A stretch of 64,000 nucleotides of DNA, taken from positions 163,742,001 through 163,806,000 of the forward strand of contig JBNRSN020000008.1 in NCBI GenBank assembly GCA_051313645.2, in the 5' to 3' direction. The stretch's first letter is position 1. The number at the start of each line of letters is the position of its first letter. The notes beneath the pieces are model-generated. The model was not told the origin of the DNA. It ran no database searches and saw only the letters and a program-made list of their open reading frames with translations. Position numbers and translations under genes: made by a program. This stretch comes from Centroscyllium fabricii. Its lineage: Eukaryota. This document shows positions 28,249 to 40,687 of this stretch, piece after piece.

Positions 28249-29891
28249 GTGTGTAAATGGGGCGGTGTGTAAATCATGTGCGCATGTAAATGCGAGGTGT
28301 GTAAATTAGGTGGGTGTGTAAATGGGGCAAGTATGTAAATCAGGCGGTGTGTAAGTCGGGAGCTGTTTAAAGTGGGAGGTGTGTAAATCAGGCGGTGTGT
28401 AAATCAGGTGGTGTGTAAATCGGACAGTGTGATAATCAGACGATGTGTTAACAAGGCGGTGTGTGTAAATGGGGCGGTGTGTAAATCAGACAATGTGTAC
28501 AGCAGGCGGTGTGTACAGCAGGCAGTGTGTAAAGTGGGCAGTGTGTAAAGTGGGCGGTTTGTGTAAATGGGGCAGTGTGTGAATGGGTCAGTGTGTGAAT
28601 GGGGCGGTGTGTAAATTGGGCGGTGTTTAAATGGGGCAGTGTATAAATCGGGCAGTGTGTAAATGGGTCAGTGTGTAAATGGGTCAGTGTGTAAATGGGG
28701 CATTGTGTAAATGGGGCATTGTGTAAATGGGGCAGTGTGTAAATGGGGCAGTGTGTAAATTGGGCAGTGTTTAAATGGGGCGGTGTTTAAATCGGGCAGT
28801 TTATAAATCAGGCAGTGTGTAAATCGGGCAGTGTGTAAATCGGGCAGTGTGTGAAATGGACAGTCTATAAATGGGTCTGTGTGTAAATGGGGCAGTGTGT
28901 AAATGGCACGGTGTGTAAATGGTGCGGTGTGTAAATGGCGCGGTGTGTAAATTGATCAGTGTGTAAACTGAGCAGTGTGTAATTGGAGCGGTGTGTAAGT
29001 CAAGCGGTGTGTAAATGGGACAGTGTGTAAATCAGGCAGTGTAAAAATGGGGCGGTGTGTAAATCGAGCGGTGTGTAAATCGGTCGGTGTGTAAATCGGG
29101 CGGTGTGTAAATCGAGCGGTGTGCAAATCGAGCGGTGTGCAAATCGAGCGGTGTGTAAATCGAGCGGTGTGCAAATCGAGCGGTGTGCAAATCGAGCGGT
29201 GTGCAAATCGAGCGGTGTGCAAATCGAGCGGTGTGCAAATCGAGCGGTGTGCAAATCGAGCGGTGTGCAAATCGAGCGGTGTGCAAATCGAGCGGTGTGC
29301 AAATCGGGCGGTGTGCAAATCGGGCGGTGTGTAAATCGAGCGGTGTGCAAATCGAGCGGTGTGCAAATCGAGCGGTGTGCAAATCGAGCGGTGTGCAAAT
29401 CGAGCGGTGTGCAAATCGAGCGGTGTGTAAATCGAGCGGTGTGTAAATGGGGCGGTGTCTAAATCGGACCGTGTGTAAATCGGGCTGTATGTGAACGAGG
29501 TGGTGTGTTAATGGGGTGGCGTGTAAAAGGGATGCTGGGTAAACGGGACAGTGTGTATATTGGACAGTGTGTAAATGGGGCCGTGTCTAAATGGGGCCAT
29601 GTATAAATGGGGTGGTGTGTAAACAGGACAGAGTGTAAATGGGATGATGCGTAAATGGGGCGGTGCGTAAACGGGGCGGTGCGTAAACGGGGCGGTGTGT
29701 AAATGGGGCATTGCATAAATGGGGCGGTGTGTAAACGGGGCGGTGCGTAAACAGGGCGGTGCGTAAACGGGGCGGTGCGTAAACGGGGCGGTGCGTAAAC
29801 GGGGCGGTGCGTAAACGGGGCGGTGTGTAAATGGGGCAGTGTGTAAATGGGGCAGTGTGTAAATCGGACAGTGTGTAAATGGGGCAGTGTG

Positions 29892-30117
29892 TGACATGAA
29901 TCTTGTCATTCATGTGGAAATGATTTCTGAAATAATACTGGGTGACCTGCTGGTGGCGCTGTCCGGGCAGAGTATAAATATTCGGCCTAGGCCCAGCTTG
30001 CTCAGGACATTCCTTAACAGGAACTAGTGAAGGACACAACTAGACTTCTATTCTCAAATAGTTGAGTAAAGCTTTGTTCAATGATTAGACTAAGTGGCTA
30101 GTAGTTTTCATATGCCA
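29892..30117 (+). mobile_element. Solo-LTR-like cassette, copy 9
   Basis: Subtype with GGGTGACC, GACTTCTATTCTCAAATAG and a CATATGCCA end. Confidence 0.75.
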
Positions 30118-32104
30118 GTGTGTAAATGGGGTGGTGTGCAAATGTGGCAGTGTGTAAATCAGCTGGGTGTGTAAATGGGGTGTGATTTAAATCAGATGGG
30201 TTTGTAAATGGGGCGGTGTGTTAATCGGGCGGTGTATTAATCAAGCAGTGTGTAAATCGGATGGTGTGTAAATGGGGCGGTGTGTAAATTGGACAATGTG
30301 TAAATCAGGCAGTGTGTGTAAAGGGGCAATGTGTAAATAGGGCGGTGTGCAAATCGGGCATTGTGTGTAAAGGGGAACTGTGTAAATGGGGCAGTGTGTA
30401 AATCGGATGGTGTGTAAATCGGATGGTGTGTAAATCGGATGGTGTGTAAATCGGATGGTGTGTAAATCAGGCAGTGTGTGCGAATGCGACGGTGTGCGAA
30501 TGGGACGGTGTGCGAATGGGAAGGTGTGCGAATGGGAAGGTGTGCGAATGGGTCGGTGTGCAAATGGGGCGGTGTGTGTGAATCGAGCGGTGTGTAAATG
30601 AGGCAGTGTGTAAATGAGGCAGTGTGCATTTGGGCGGTGTGTCAATGGGGCAGTGTGTGTGAATGGGGCAGTGTGTGTGAATCGGGCAGTGTTTAGATGG
30701 GGCGGCATGTAAATGGGGCGGTTTATAAATGGGCCGGTGTGTAAATGGAGCGGTGGGTAAATGGGGCAGTGTTTAAACGGGGTCTGTGTGTAAATTGGGC
30801 GGTGTGCAAATGGGGTGGTGTGCAAATGGGGCGGTGTGTAAATGGGGCGGTGTGTAAATGGGGCGGTGTGTAAATGGGGCGGTGTGTAAATGGGGCGGTG
30901 TGTAAATGGGGCGGTGTGTAAATGGGGGTGTGTGTAAATGGGGCAGTGTGTAAATGGGGCAGTGTGTAAATGGGGCAGTGTGCAAATGGGGCAGTGTGCA
31001 AATGGGGCAGTGTGTAAATGGGTCAGTGTGTAAATGGGTCAGTGTGTAAATGGGTCAGTGTGTAAATGGGGCATTGTGTAAATGGGGCATTGTGTAAATG
31101 GGGCAGTGTGTAAATGGGTCAGTGTGTAAATGGGTCAGTGTGTAAATGGGGCATTGTGTAAATGGAGCATTGTGTAAATGGGGCAGTGTGTAAATGGGTC
31201 AGTGTGTAAATGGGTCAGTGTGTAAATGGGTCAGTGTGTAAATGGGGCATTGTGTAAATGGGGCGGTGTGTAAATTGGGCGGTGTTTAAATATCAGGCAG
31301 TGTGTAAATCGGGCAGTGTGTAAATCGGGCAGTGTGTGAAATGGACAGTCTATAAATGGGGCAGTGTGTAAATGGCGCGGTGTGTAAATGGCGCGGTGTG
31401 TAAATGGCGCGGTGTGTAAATGGCGCGGTGTGTAAATGGTGCGCTGTGTAAATGGATCAGTGTGTAAACTGAGCAGTGTGTAATTGGAGCGGTGTGTAAG
31501 TCAAGCGGTATGTAAATGGGACAGTGTGTAAATCAGGCAGTGTAAAAATGGGGTGGTGTGTAAATCGGGCGGTGTGTAAATCGGGCGGTGTGCAAATCGA
31601 GCGGTGTGCAAATCGAGCGGTGTGCAAATCGAGCGGTGTGTAAATCGAGCGGTGTGTAAATCGAGCGGTGTGTAAATGGGGCGGTGACTAAATCGGGCCG
31701 TGTGTAAATCGGGCTGTATGTGAACGAGGTGGTGTGTTAATGGGGCGGCGTGTAAAAGGGATGCTGGGTAAACGGGACAGTGTGTATATTGGACAGTGTG
31801 TAAATGGGGCCGTGTCTAAATGGGGCCATGTATAAATGGGGTGGTGTGTAAACAGGACAGAGTGTAAACGGGACGATGCGTAAATGGGGCAGTGCGTAAA
31901 CGGGGCGGTGCGTAAACGGGGCAGTGCGTAAACGGGGCATTGCATAAATGGGGTGGTGTGTAAATGGGGCGGTGCGTAAACGGGGCGGTGCGTAAACGGG
32001 GCGGTGCGTAAACGGGGCGGTGCGTAAACGGGGCGGTGCGTAAACGGGGCGGTGCGTAAACGGGGCGGTGTGTAAATGGGGCGGTGTGTAAATGGGGCAG
32101 TGTG

Positions 32105-32330
32105 TGACATGAATCTTGTCATTCATGTGGAAATGATTTCTGAAATAATACTGGGTGACCTGCTGGTGGCGCTGTCCAGGCAGAGTATAAATACTCGGCC
32201 TAGGCCCAGCTTGCTCAGGACATTCCTTAACAGGAACTAGTGAAGGACACAACTAGACTTCTATTCTCAAATAGTTGAGTAAAGCTTTGTTCAATGATTA
32301 GACTAAGTGGCTAGTAGTTTTCATATGCCA
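32105..32330 (+). mobile_element. Solo-LTR-like cassette, copy 10
   Basis: Same subtype as copy 9. Confidence 0.75.
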
Positions 32331-33627
32331 GTGTGTAAATGGGGTGGTGTGCAAATGTGGCAGTGTGTAAATCAGCTGGGTGTGTAAATGGGGCGTGATT
32401 TAAATCAGATGGGTTTGTAAATGGGGCGGTGTGTTAATCGGGCGGTGTGTTAATCGGGCGGTGTATTAATCAAGCAGTGTGTAAATCGGATGGTGTGTAA
32501 ATGGGGCGGTGTGTAAATTGGACAATGTGTAAATCAGGCAGTGTGTGTAAAGGGGCAATGTGTAAATAGGGCGGTGTGCAAATCGGGCGTTGTGTGTAAA
32601 GGGGAACTGTGTAAATGGGGCAGTGTGTAAATCGGATGGTGTGTAAATTGGATGGTGTGTAAATCAGGCAGTGTGTGCGAATGGAACGGTGTGCGAATGG
32701 GACGGTGTGCGAATGGGACGGTGTGCGAATGGGACGGTGTGCGAATGGGGCGGTGTGCGAATGGGGCGGTGTGCGAATGGGGCGGTGTGCGAATGGGGCG
32801 GTGTGCGAATGGGACGGTGTGCGAATGGGACGGTGTGCGAATGGGACGGTGTGCGAATGGGACGGTGTGCGAATGGGACGGTGTGCTAATGGGACGGTGT
32901 GCGAATGGGACGGTGTGCAAATGGGGCGGTGTGTGTGAATCGAGCGGTGTGTAAATGAGGCAGTGTGTAAATGAGGCAGTGTGCATTTGGGCGGTGTGTC
33001 AATGGGGCAGTGTGTGTGAATCGGGCAGTGTGTGTGAATCGGGCAGTGTTTAGATGGGGCGGCATGTAAATGGGGCGGTTTATAAATGGGCCGGTGTGTA
33101 AATGGAGCGGTGGGTAAATGGGGCAGTGTGTAAACGGGGTCTGTGTGTAAACGGGGTCTGTGTGTAAACGGGGTCTGTGTGTAAACGGGGTCTGTGTGTA
33201 AACGGGGTCTGTGTGTAAACGGGGCGGTGTGTAAACGGGGCGGTGTGTAAACGGGGCGGTGTGTAAACGGAGCGGTATGTAAATGGAGCGGTGTGTAAAT
33301 GGGGCGGTGTGTAAATGGGGCGGTGTGTAAATGGGGCGGTGTGTAAACGGGGTCTGTGTGTAAACGGGGTCTGTGTGTAAACGGGGTCTGTGTGTAAACG
33401 GGGTCTGTGTGTAAACGGGGTCTGTGTGTAAACGGGGTCTGTGTGTAAACGGGGTCTGTGTGTAAACGGGGTCTGTGTGTAAACGGGGTCTGTGTGTAAA
33501 CGGGGTCTGTGTGTAAACGGGGGCGGTGTGTAAACGGGGGCGGTGTGTAAATGGAGCGGTGTGTAAATGGGGCAGTGTTTAAACGGGTCAGTGTATAAAT
33601 GGGATGGTGTCTAACTGGGGCAGTGTG

Positions 33628-33856
33628 TGACATGAATCTTGTCGTTCATGTGGAAATGATTTCTGAAATAATACTGGGCGGCCTGCTGGTGGCCCTGTCC
33701 AGGCAGAGTATAAATACTCGGGCCTAGGCCCAGCTTGCTCAGGACATTCTTTAACAGGAACTAGTGAAGGACACACCTTGACCTCCATGTTCTAAAACAG
33801 TTGATTAAAGCTTTGTTTAATGATTAGACTAAGTGCCTAGTAGTTTTCTTATGTCA
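33628..33856 (+). mobile_element. Solo-LTR-like cassette, copy 11
   Basis: Shares CACACCTTGACC and the upstream GTCTAACTGGGG flank with copies 1 and 2. Confidence 0.75.
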
Positions 33857-34453
33857 GTGTGTAAATGGGGCGGTGTGTAAATCAGGCGGGTGTGTAAATG
33901 GACAGTGTGTAAATCAGCCGGTGTGTGTAAATGGGGCAGAGTGTAAATTGAGCGGTGTGCTAATCGGGCGGTGTGTAAATTGGACAGTGTGTGTAAATGG
34001 GGCGGTGTGTGTAAATGGGGCGGTGTGTGTAAATGGGGCGGTGTGTGTAAATGGGGCGGTGTGTGTAAATGGGGCGGTGTGTGTAAATGGGGCAGTGTGT
34101 GTAAATGGGGCGGTGTGTAAATGGGGCGGTGTGTAAATGGGGCGGAGTGTAAACGGGACGATGCGTAAATGGGGCGGTGCGTAAACGGGGCGGTGCGTAA
34201 ACGGGGCGGTGTGTAAATGGGGCATTGCGTAAATGGGGCGGTGTGTAAATGGGGCGGTGCGTAAACGGGGCGGTGCGTAAACGGGGCGGTGCGTAAACGG
34301 GGCGGTGCGTAAACGGGGCGGTGCGTAAACGGGGCGGTGCGTAAACGGGGCGGTGCGTAAACGGGGCGGTGCGTAAACGGGGCGGTGCGTAAACGGGGCG
34401 GTGTGTAAACGGGGCGGTGTGTAAATGGGGCGGTGTGTAAATGGGGCAGTGTG

Positions 34454-34679
34454 TGACATGAATCTTGTCATTCATGTGGAAATGATTTCTGAAATAATAC
34501 TGGGTGACCTGCTGGTGGCGCTGTCCAGGCAGAGTATAAATACTCGGCCTAGGCCCAGCTTGCTCAGGACATTCCTTAACAGGAACTAGTGAAGGACACA
34601 ACTAGACTTCTATTCTCAAATAGTTGAGTAAAGCTTTGTTCAATGATTAGACTAAGTGGCTAGTAGTTTTCATATGCCA
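34454..34679 (+). mobile_element. Solo-LTR-like cassette, copy 12
   Basis: Same subtype as copies 9 and 10. Confidence 0.75.
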
Positions 34680-36236
34680 GTGTGTAAATGGGGTGGTGTG
34701 CAAATGTGGCAGTGTGTAAATCAGCTGGGTGTGTAAATGGGCCGTGATTTAAATCAGATGGGTTTGTAAATGGGGCGGTGTGTTAATCGGGCGGTGTGTT
34801 AATCAAGCAGTGTGTAAATCGGATGGTGTGTAAATGGGGCGGTGTGTAAATTGGACAATGTGTAAATCAGGCAGTGTGTGTAAAGGGGCAATGTGTAAAT
34901 AGGGCGGTGTGCAAATCGGGCGTTGTGTGTAAAGGGGAACTGTGTAAATGGGGCAGTGTGTAAATCGGATGGTGTGTAAATCGGATGGTGTGTAAATCGG
35001 ATGGTGTGTAAATCGGATGGTGTGTAAATCGGATGGTGTCTAAATCGGATGGTGTGTAAATCGGATGGTGTGTAAATCAGGCAGTGTGTGCGAATGGGAC
35101 GGTGTGCGAATGGGACGGTGTGCGAATGGGAAGGTGTGCGAATGGGAAGGTGTGCGAATGGGACGGTGTGCGAATGGGTCGGTGTGCAAATGGGGCGGTG
35201 TGTGTGAATCGAGCGGTGTGTAAATGAGGCAGTGTGTAAATGAGGCAGTGTGCATTTGGGCGGTGTGTCAATGGGGCAGTGTGTGTGAATGGGGCAGTGT
35301 GTGTGAATCGGGCAGTGTTTAGATGGGGCGGCATGTAAATGGGGCGGTTTATAAATGGGCCGGTGTGTAAATGGAGCGGTGGGTAAATGGGGCAGTGTTT
35401 AAACGGGGTCTGTGTGTAAATTGGGCGGTGTGCAAATGGGGCGGTGTGCAAATGGGGCGGTGTGCAATTGGGGCGGTGTGCAAATGGGGCGGTGTGCAAA
35501 TGGGGCGGTGTGTAAATGGGGCTGTGTGTAAATGGGGCTGTGTGTAAATGGGGCAGTGTGTAAATGGGGCGGTGTGTAAACGGGGGGGTGTGTAAACGGG
35601 GGGGTGTGTAAACGGGGGGGTGTGTAAACGGGGGAGTGTGTAAACGGGTCGGTGTGTAAACGGGTCGGTGTGTAAACGGGTCGGTGTGTAAACGGGTCGG
35701 TGTGTAAACGGGTCGGTGTGTAAACGGGTCGGTGTGTAAACGGGTCGGTGTGTAAACGGGTCGGTGTGTAAACGGGTCGGTGTGTAAACGGGTCGGTGTG
35801 TAAACGGGTCGGTGTGTAAACGGGGCGGTGTGTAAACGGGGCGGTGTGTAAATTGGGCGGTGTTTAAATATCAGGCAGTGTAAATCGGGCAGTGTGTAAA
35901 TCGGGCAGTGTGTGAAATGGACAGTCTATAAATGGGGCGGTGTGTGTAAACGGGGCGGTGTGTGTAAACGGGGCGGTGTGTGTAAACGGGGCGGTGTGTG
36001 TAAACGGGGCGGTGTGTGTAAACGGGGCGGTGTGTGTAAACGGGGCGGTGTGTGTAAACGGGGCGGTGTGTGTAAACGGGGCGGTGTGTGTAAACGGGGC
36101 GGTGTGTGTAAACGGGGCGGAGTGTAAACGGGGCGGAGTGTAAACGGGGCGGAGTGTAAACGGGGCGGAGTGTAAACGGGGCGGAGTGTAAACGGGGCGC
36201 TGCGTAAACGGGGCGCTGCGTAAACGGGGCGGTGTG

Positions 36237-36300
36237 TGACATGAATCTTGTCATTCATGTGGAAATGACTCATGAAATAATACTGGGCGGCCTGCTGGTG
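36237..36300 (+). mobile_element. 5'-only fragment of the cassette (copy 13)
   Basis: TGACATGAATCTTGTC...CCTGCTGGTG, then returns to repeat units. Confidence 0.75.
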
Positions 36301-37829
36301 ACTGCAGCGGTGTGTGACTGGGACGGTGTGTGAGTGGAGCGGTGTGTGAGTGGGGCGGTGTGTGAGTGGGGCGGTGTGTGAGTGGGGCGGTGTGTGAGTG
36401 GGGCAGTGTGTGAGTGGGGCGGTGTGTGAGTGGGGCGGTGTGTGAGTGGGGCGGTGTGTGAGTGGGGCGGTGTGTGAGTGGGGCGGTGTGTGAGTGGGGC
36501 GGTGTGTGAGTGGGGCGGTGTGTGAGTGGGGCGGTGTGTGAGTGGGGCGGTGTGTGAGTGGGGCGGTGTGTGAGTGGGGCGGTGTGTGAGTGGGGCGGTG
36601 TGTGAGTGGGGCGGTGTGTGAGTGGGGCGGTGTGTGAGTGGGGCGGTGTGTGAGTGGGACGGTGTGTGACGGGGGCGGTGTGTGACGGGGGCGGTGTGTG
36701 ACGGGGCGGTGTGTGACGGGGCGGTGTGTGACGGGGCGGTGTGTGACGGGGGACGGTGTGTGAGTGGGGCGGTGTGTGAGTGGGGCGGTGTGTGAGTGGG
36801 GCGGTGTGTGAGTGGGGCGGTGTGTGAGTGGGGCGGTGTGTGAGTGGGGCGGTGTGTGAGTGGGGCGGTGTGTGAGTGGGGCGGTGTGTGAGTGGGGCGG
36901 TGTGTGAGTGGGGCGGTGTGTGACTGGGGTGGTGTGTGACTGGGGCGGTGTGTGACTAGCAACATAGAAACGTGGGGGAAAATTCAGTATCGCCACGTTT
37001 GGGGCGCTATAGTCGGCGCAGCGCTAATTTTAGCGACTGGTGCAAATTAGCGCCACCAACAGCAAACTTGGGTTTTAACACCCCTGGAGGTGATTGGAGC
37101 GCTAAACCAGGCACTACACACCTTTCTTAAGCCGCAAAGGCCAAGGAGCGAGGCATTACCTCAGACCGTTGGCAAAGTTCATGTGATGTCAGTCAGCAAT
37201 GGAACACAGACACACTGGCACCATCCAATTCTTAAAGGGTTGTTCTGATGAATGGTCATCGACCTGAAACGTTGGCCCAGAAATTCCGGTCGCCCCGGGT
37301 GAGTACGCGCTGGGTACTGACCCGTAGGCCCATCCGAAGTGCCGGTTTCGTGCATGCACAGCGCATGCGTGCAAAACCGGCACTTCCGATCCCCTGTCAG
37401 AAGTGGTCAGGGGTCAGAACACGTGCACGTGCACATGTGCGGCAGCGCGTGCGCAATGGACTTCCGATTTTTTTTACAGGTCTGTGTGCGGGTAAGTATG
37501 GAGAAAGATACGGCTGCTTTTATCATGCGCAAAGACCCCTTTTCATAAGGTAAGTGGTGAATTTATTCAATTTAAAAAACAATTTCCACAGGTTTTTTAT
37601 TTTTAAATATTTTAAAGAAAGGTAAGTTTATTTTTAGCACCATAAAAAACTTTAATTATTTTTTTCAAAATTTTTAATTTTTGTTTAAAATAGCTAATTT
37701 ATGTAATTGATAGTTATTTATAAAAATGTGATTTAAAAAAATTTATTTGTAGATTCACTAAGGTTTTGGGGCTTGTAGTACTGTATTCATAAGTGACAGG
37801 TCTTCCTGTCAAACTTAAGAATGGAGCAT

Positions 37830-37925
37830 TCTCAATTCTATTCAATTTTATTGTAATTGTAGAGTACTAGTACAATACAACGAGACGAAGACTCGCCGCT
37901 CCCGAGAGTAGTGCAAATAATTTAC
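37830..37925 (-). mobile_element. Rex1/Babar-like LINE 3' tail fragment
   Basis: Reverse complement of the 3' UTR at ~50495-50585 (GAGTCTTCGTCTCGTTGTATTGTACTAGTACTCT). Confidence 0.65.
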
Positions 37926-38029
37926 ATATAATTGCATACAGTAAGGTACAGTTCAGGTGTGCAGATACTCGAGTTTTTTGTTAGAATCTGTGATTCCACG
38001 TGGCCCACGTGATCCCTGGCTGGCTAGGC

Positions 38030-38752
38030 CTGCATTTAGTGCCCATCCCTAATTGCCCATGAGAAGATGGTGGTGAGCCGCCTTCTTGAACCACTGCAGT
38101 CCATATGGTGTAGCTACACCCACAATGTTGTTAGGAAGGGAGTTCCAGGATTTTGGCCCAGCAACAATGAAGGAGCGGCGATACAGGTCCAAGTCAGGAT
38201 GGTGTGTGGCTTGGAGGGGAACTTGTAGGTGGTGCTGTTCCCATGCGTCTGCTGCCCTTGTCCTTCTAAGTGGTAGAGGTCGCGGGTTTGGAAGGTGCTG
38301 TTGAAGGAGCTTTGGCGAGTTGCTGCAGTGCATCTTGTAGATGGTACACACTGCAGCCACAGGGCGCCGGTGGTGGAGGGAGTGAACGTTGAAGGTGGTG
38401 GATGGAGTGCCAATCAAGCGGCCTGCTTTATCCTGAATGGTGTCGAGCTTCTTGAGTGTTGTTGGAGCTGCACTCATCCAGGCAAGTGGAGAGTATTCCA
38501 TCACACTCCTGACTTGTGCCTTGTAGATGGTGGAAAGGCTTTGGGGAGTCAGGAGGTGAGACACTCGCCGCAGAATTTCCAGCCTCTGGCCTGCTCTTGT
38601 AGCCACAGTATTTATATGGCTGGTCCAGTTCAGTTTCCGATCAATCGTAACCCCCAGGATGTTGATAGTGGGGGATTCAGCGATGATAATGCCATTGAAT
38701 GTCAAGGGGAGATGGTTAGAGTCTCGCTTGTTGCAGATGATCATTGCCTGGC
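38030..38752 (-). mobile_element. 3' fragment of a CR1/L2-group LINE (RT C-terminal region)
   Basis: LTFNGIIIAESPTINILGVTIDRKLNWTSHINTVATRAGQRL...IYKAQVRSVMEYS; same family as 55972-56436. Confidence 0.85.
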
Positions 38753-39509
38753 AATGACCATCTAAATCGATACAAGGAAGGGCAAATCAAAATGAACATG
38801 CAAAGTGCTGCCATGTACCCAAAACTCCTTCACACAGTGTTGAATCTCTCCAGGAGTCTCTCTCTCACTCTCTCAGAATGCGTGGTGCAAAAATGTCACC
38901 AACAAAAAAAAGGCAGGAAGCAGTCACTTTTAAATAGCGCTCCCCCAGTCCCTTTCTAACTGCAGAACGATCACCTCAACCTATCGTTGTTAGCGCAAGG
39001 CGGTAAGGCAGGGGGCGCCACTCAATATCGTGTCCAGGGCACTACCGGGGTGTTGCGCACTCGAATGACATCACAATCTGCCGGCACAGATCGTGGCGTT
39101 AATGTCTAGCGCCGCCGCCGAGCGCCTAGTCAATTTGCCGAGCAGCGCTTAACTCGCTGCACCCGGGCGCTAGTTGCTTTGCGCCCCCGTTAGCACCCTC
39201 CTAGGGCACTAACGGGTGGTGCAACCAACCAAATTTTTCCCTCAGAATATAGGAGCAGAAGTAGGCCATTCAGCCCCTCGAGCCTGCTCCATCATTCAAT
39301 GCGACCATGGCTGATCATCCAAATTCAGTATCGTGTCCCTGCCTTCTCCCCATATCCCTTGATCCCTTTAGCCTTAAGAAATATATCGAACTCCTTCTTG
39401 AATAAATTTAATGAATTGGTCTCCACTGCCTTCTGTGATAGAGAATTTCACAGGTTCACCACTCTCTGGGTGAAAAAATTCCTCCTCATCTCTGTCCTAA
39501 ATGACATAT

Positions 39510-39978
39510 GGGAGGCGGTGTCGTAGTGGTTATGACACTAGACTAGTAAGCCAGAGGCTCAGTCAAATGCTGTGAGAGTATGGGTTCAAATCCCACCACA
39601 GCAGTTGGTGGAATTTAAATTCAATTCAACTTAATTCTGGAATGAAATGTTAGTCTTAGTAATGGCGACCATGATACCATTGTCGATTGTTGCAAAAACC
39701 CATCTGGTTCACTAATGTCCTTTAGGGAAGGAAATCTTCCGTCCTTACCTGGTCTGGCCTACATGTGACTCCAAACCCATAGCAATGTGGTTGACTCATA
39801 ATGCCCTCTGAAATGGCCCAGCAAGCCACTGAGTTGTAAGCAACCGCTATGGACTGCAGCGGTTCAAGAAGGCGGCACACCACCATCTTCTCAAGGGCAA
39901 CTAGGGATGGGCACTAAATGCAGGCCTAGCCAGCCAGCGACGCCCACATCCCATCAATGGATAAACATTTTTTTAAAA
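39510..39978 (+). mobile_element. tRNA-derived SINE with a LINE-derived 3' tail, inserted in the CR1
   Basis: A-box-like GTCGTAGTGG and B-box GGTTCAAATCC; 3' end CAAGGGCAACTAGGGATGGGC resembles the LINE ends at ~56630 and 38040. Confidence 0.75.
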
Positions 39979-40687
39979 CTTACCCCTTATCCTTAGACTG
40001 TGACCCCTGGTTCTGGACTCCCCGGCCATCGGGAACATCCTTCCAGCATTTAGTCTGTCTGGTCCTGTTAGAATTTTGTAAGTTTCAATGAGATCCCCTC
40101 TCATTCTTCTACACTCCAGCGAGTATAAGCCCAATCAACCCAATCTCTCCTCATACATCATTCCTGCCATCCCAAGTATCAGTCTGGTGAATCTTCGCTG
40201 CACTCCCTCCATGGCAAGAGCATCCTTCCTCAGATAAGGTGTCAAAAACTGCACACAATTCTCAAGGTGTGGCCTCACCAAGGCCCTGTACAGCTGCAGC
40301 AAGACATCCTTGTTCCTGTACTCGAACCCTCTTGCTACAAAGGCCAACATACCATTTGCCTTCTTAACTGCCTGCTGTACCTGCATGCTTACCTTCAGCG
40401 ACTGGTGCACAAGGACACCCAGATCTCATTGCACTTCCCCTTCTCCCAATCTATTGCCGTTCAGATAATAATCTGCCTTCCTGTTTTTGCTACCAAAGTG
40501 GATAACCTCACATTTATCCACATTATACTGCATCTGCCATGCTTCTGCCCAATCACCCAACCTGTCCAAATCATACTGAGGTTTCTCGGCATCTTCCTCA
40601 CAGCTCACACGCCCACCCAGCTTTGTGTCATCTGCAAACTTGGAGATATTACATCTAGTTCCCTCGTCCAGATTATTAATATATAAT

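Larger units (their letters stand above)
1..36957. repeat. Giant 16-bp G-rich minisatellite array (consensus GTGTGTAAATGGGGCG), open at the left edge of the window
   Basis: Continuous 16-bp periodicity with locally homogeneous variant blocks, e.g. GTGTGTCAATGGGGCG 14720-15200, GCGTGTAAATGGGGCG 6770-7250, GTGTGTAAATGGGTCT 19060-19430, GTGTGCAAATCGAGCG 29110-29440, GTGTGTGAGTGGGGCG 36340-36915. Roughly 2,100 units by length divided by 16. Confidence 0.98.
36974..39243. mobile_element. Non-autonomous TIR DNA element (probably PIF/Harbinger-derived) inserted in the CR1 tail, itself carrying nested insertions
   Basis: Termini GGGGGAAAATT...AATTTTTCCCTC and TAGCGC/GCGCTA-rich subterminal regions; CR1 tail sequence resumes on both sides. 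Confidence 0.6.

Noticed and set aside
3068-36300. CRISPR-like alternation of a constant block and variable spacers
   Set aside because: Vertebrate intron; the constant block is 229 bp, the spacers are tandem repeats rather than unique sequence, and there are no cas genes.
69-36996. Dozens of long His/Pro/Thr-rich (minus) and Gly/Cys/Val-rich (plus) ORFs, up to 651 aa
   Set aside because: The 16-bp unit has no stop codon in any minus-strand frame, so the same HTAPFTHRPIYTPPHL period appears in all three frames. Unit length is not a multiple of 3 and indels are unconstrained. These are repeat artefacts.
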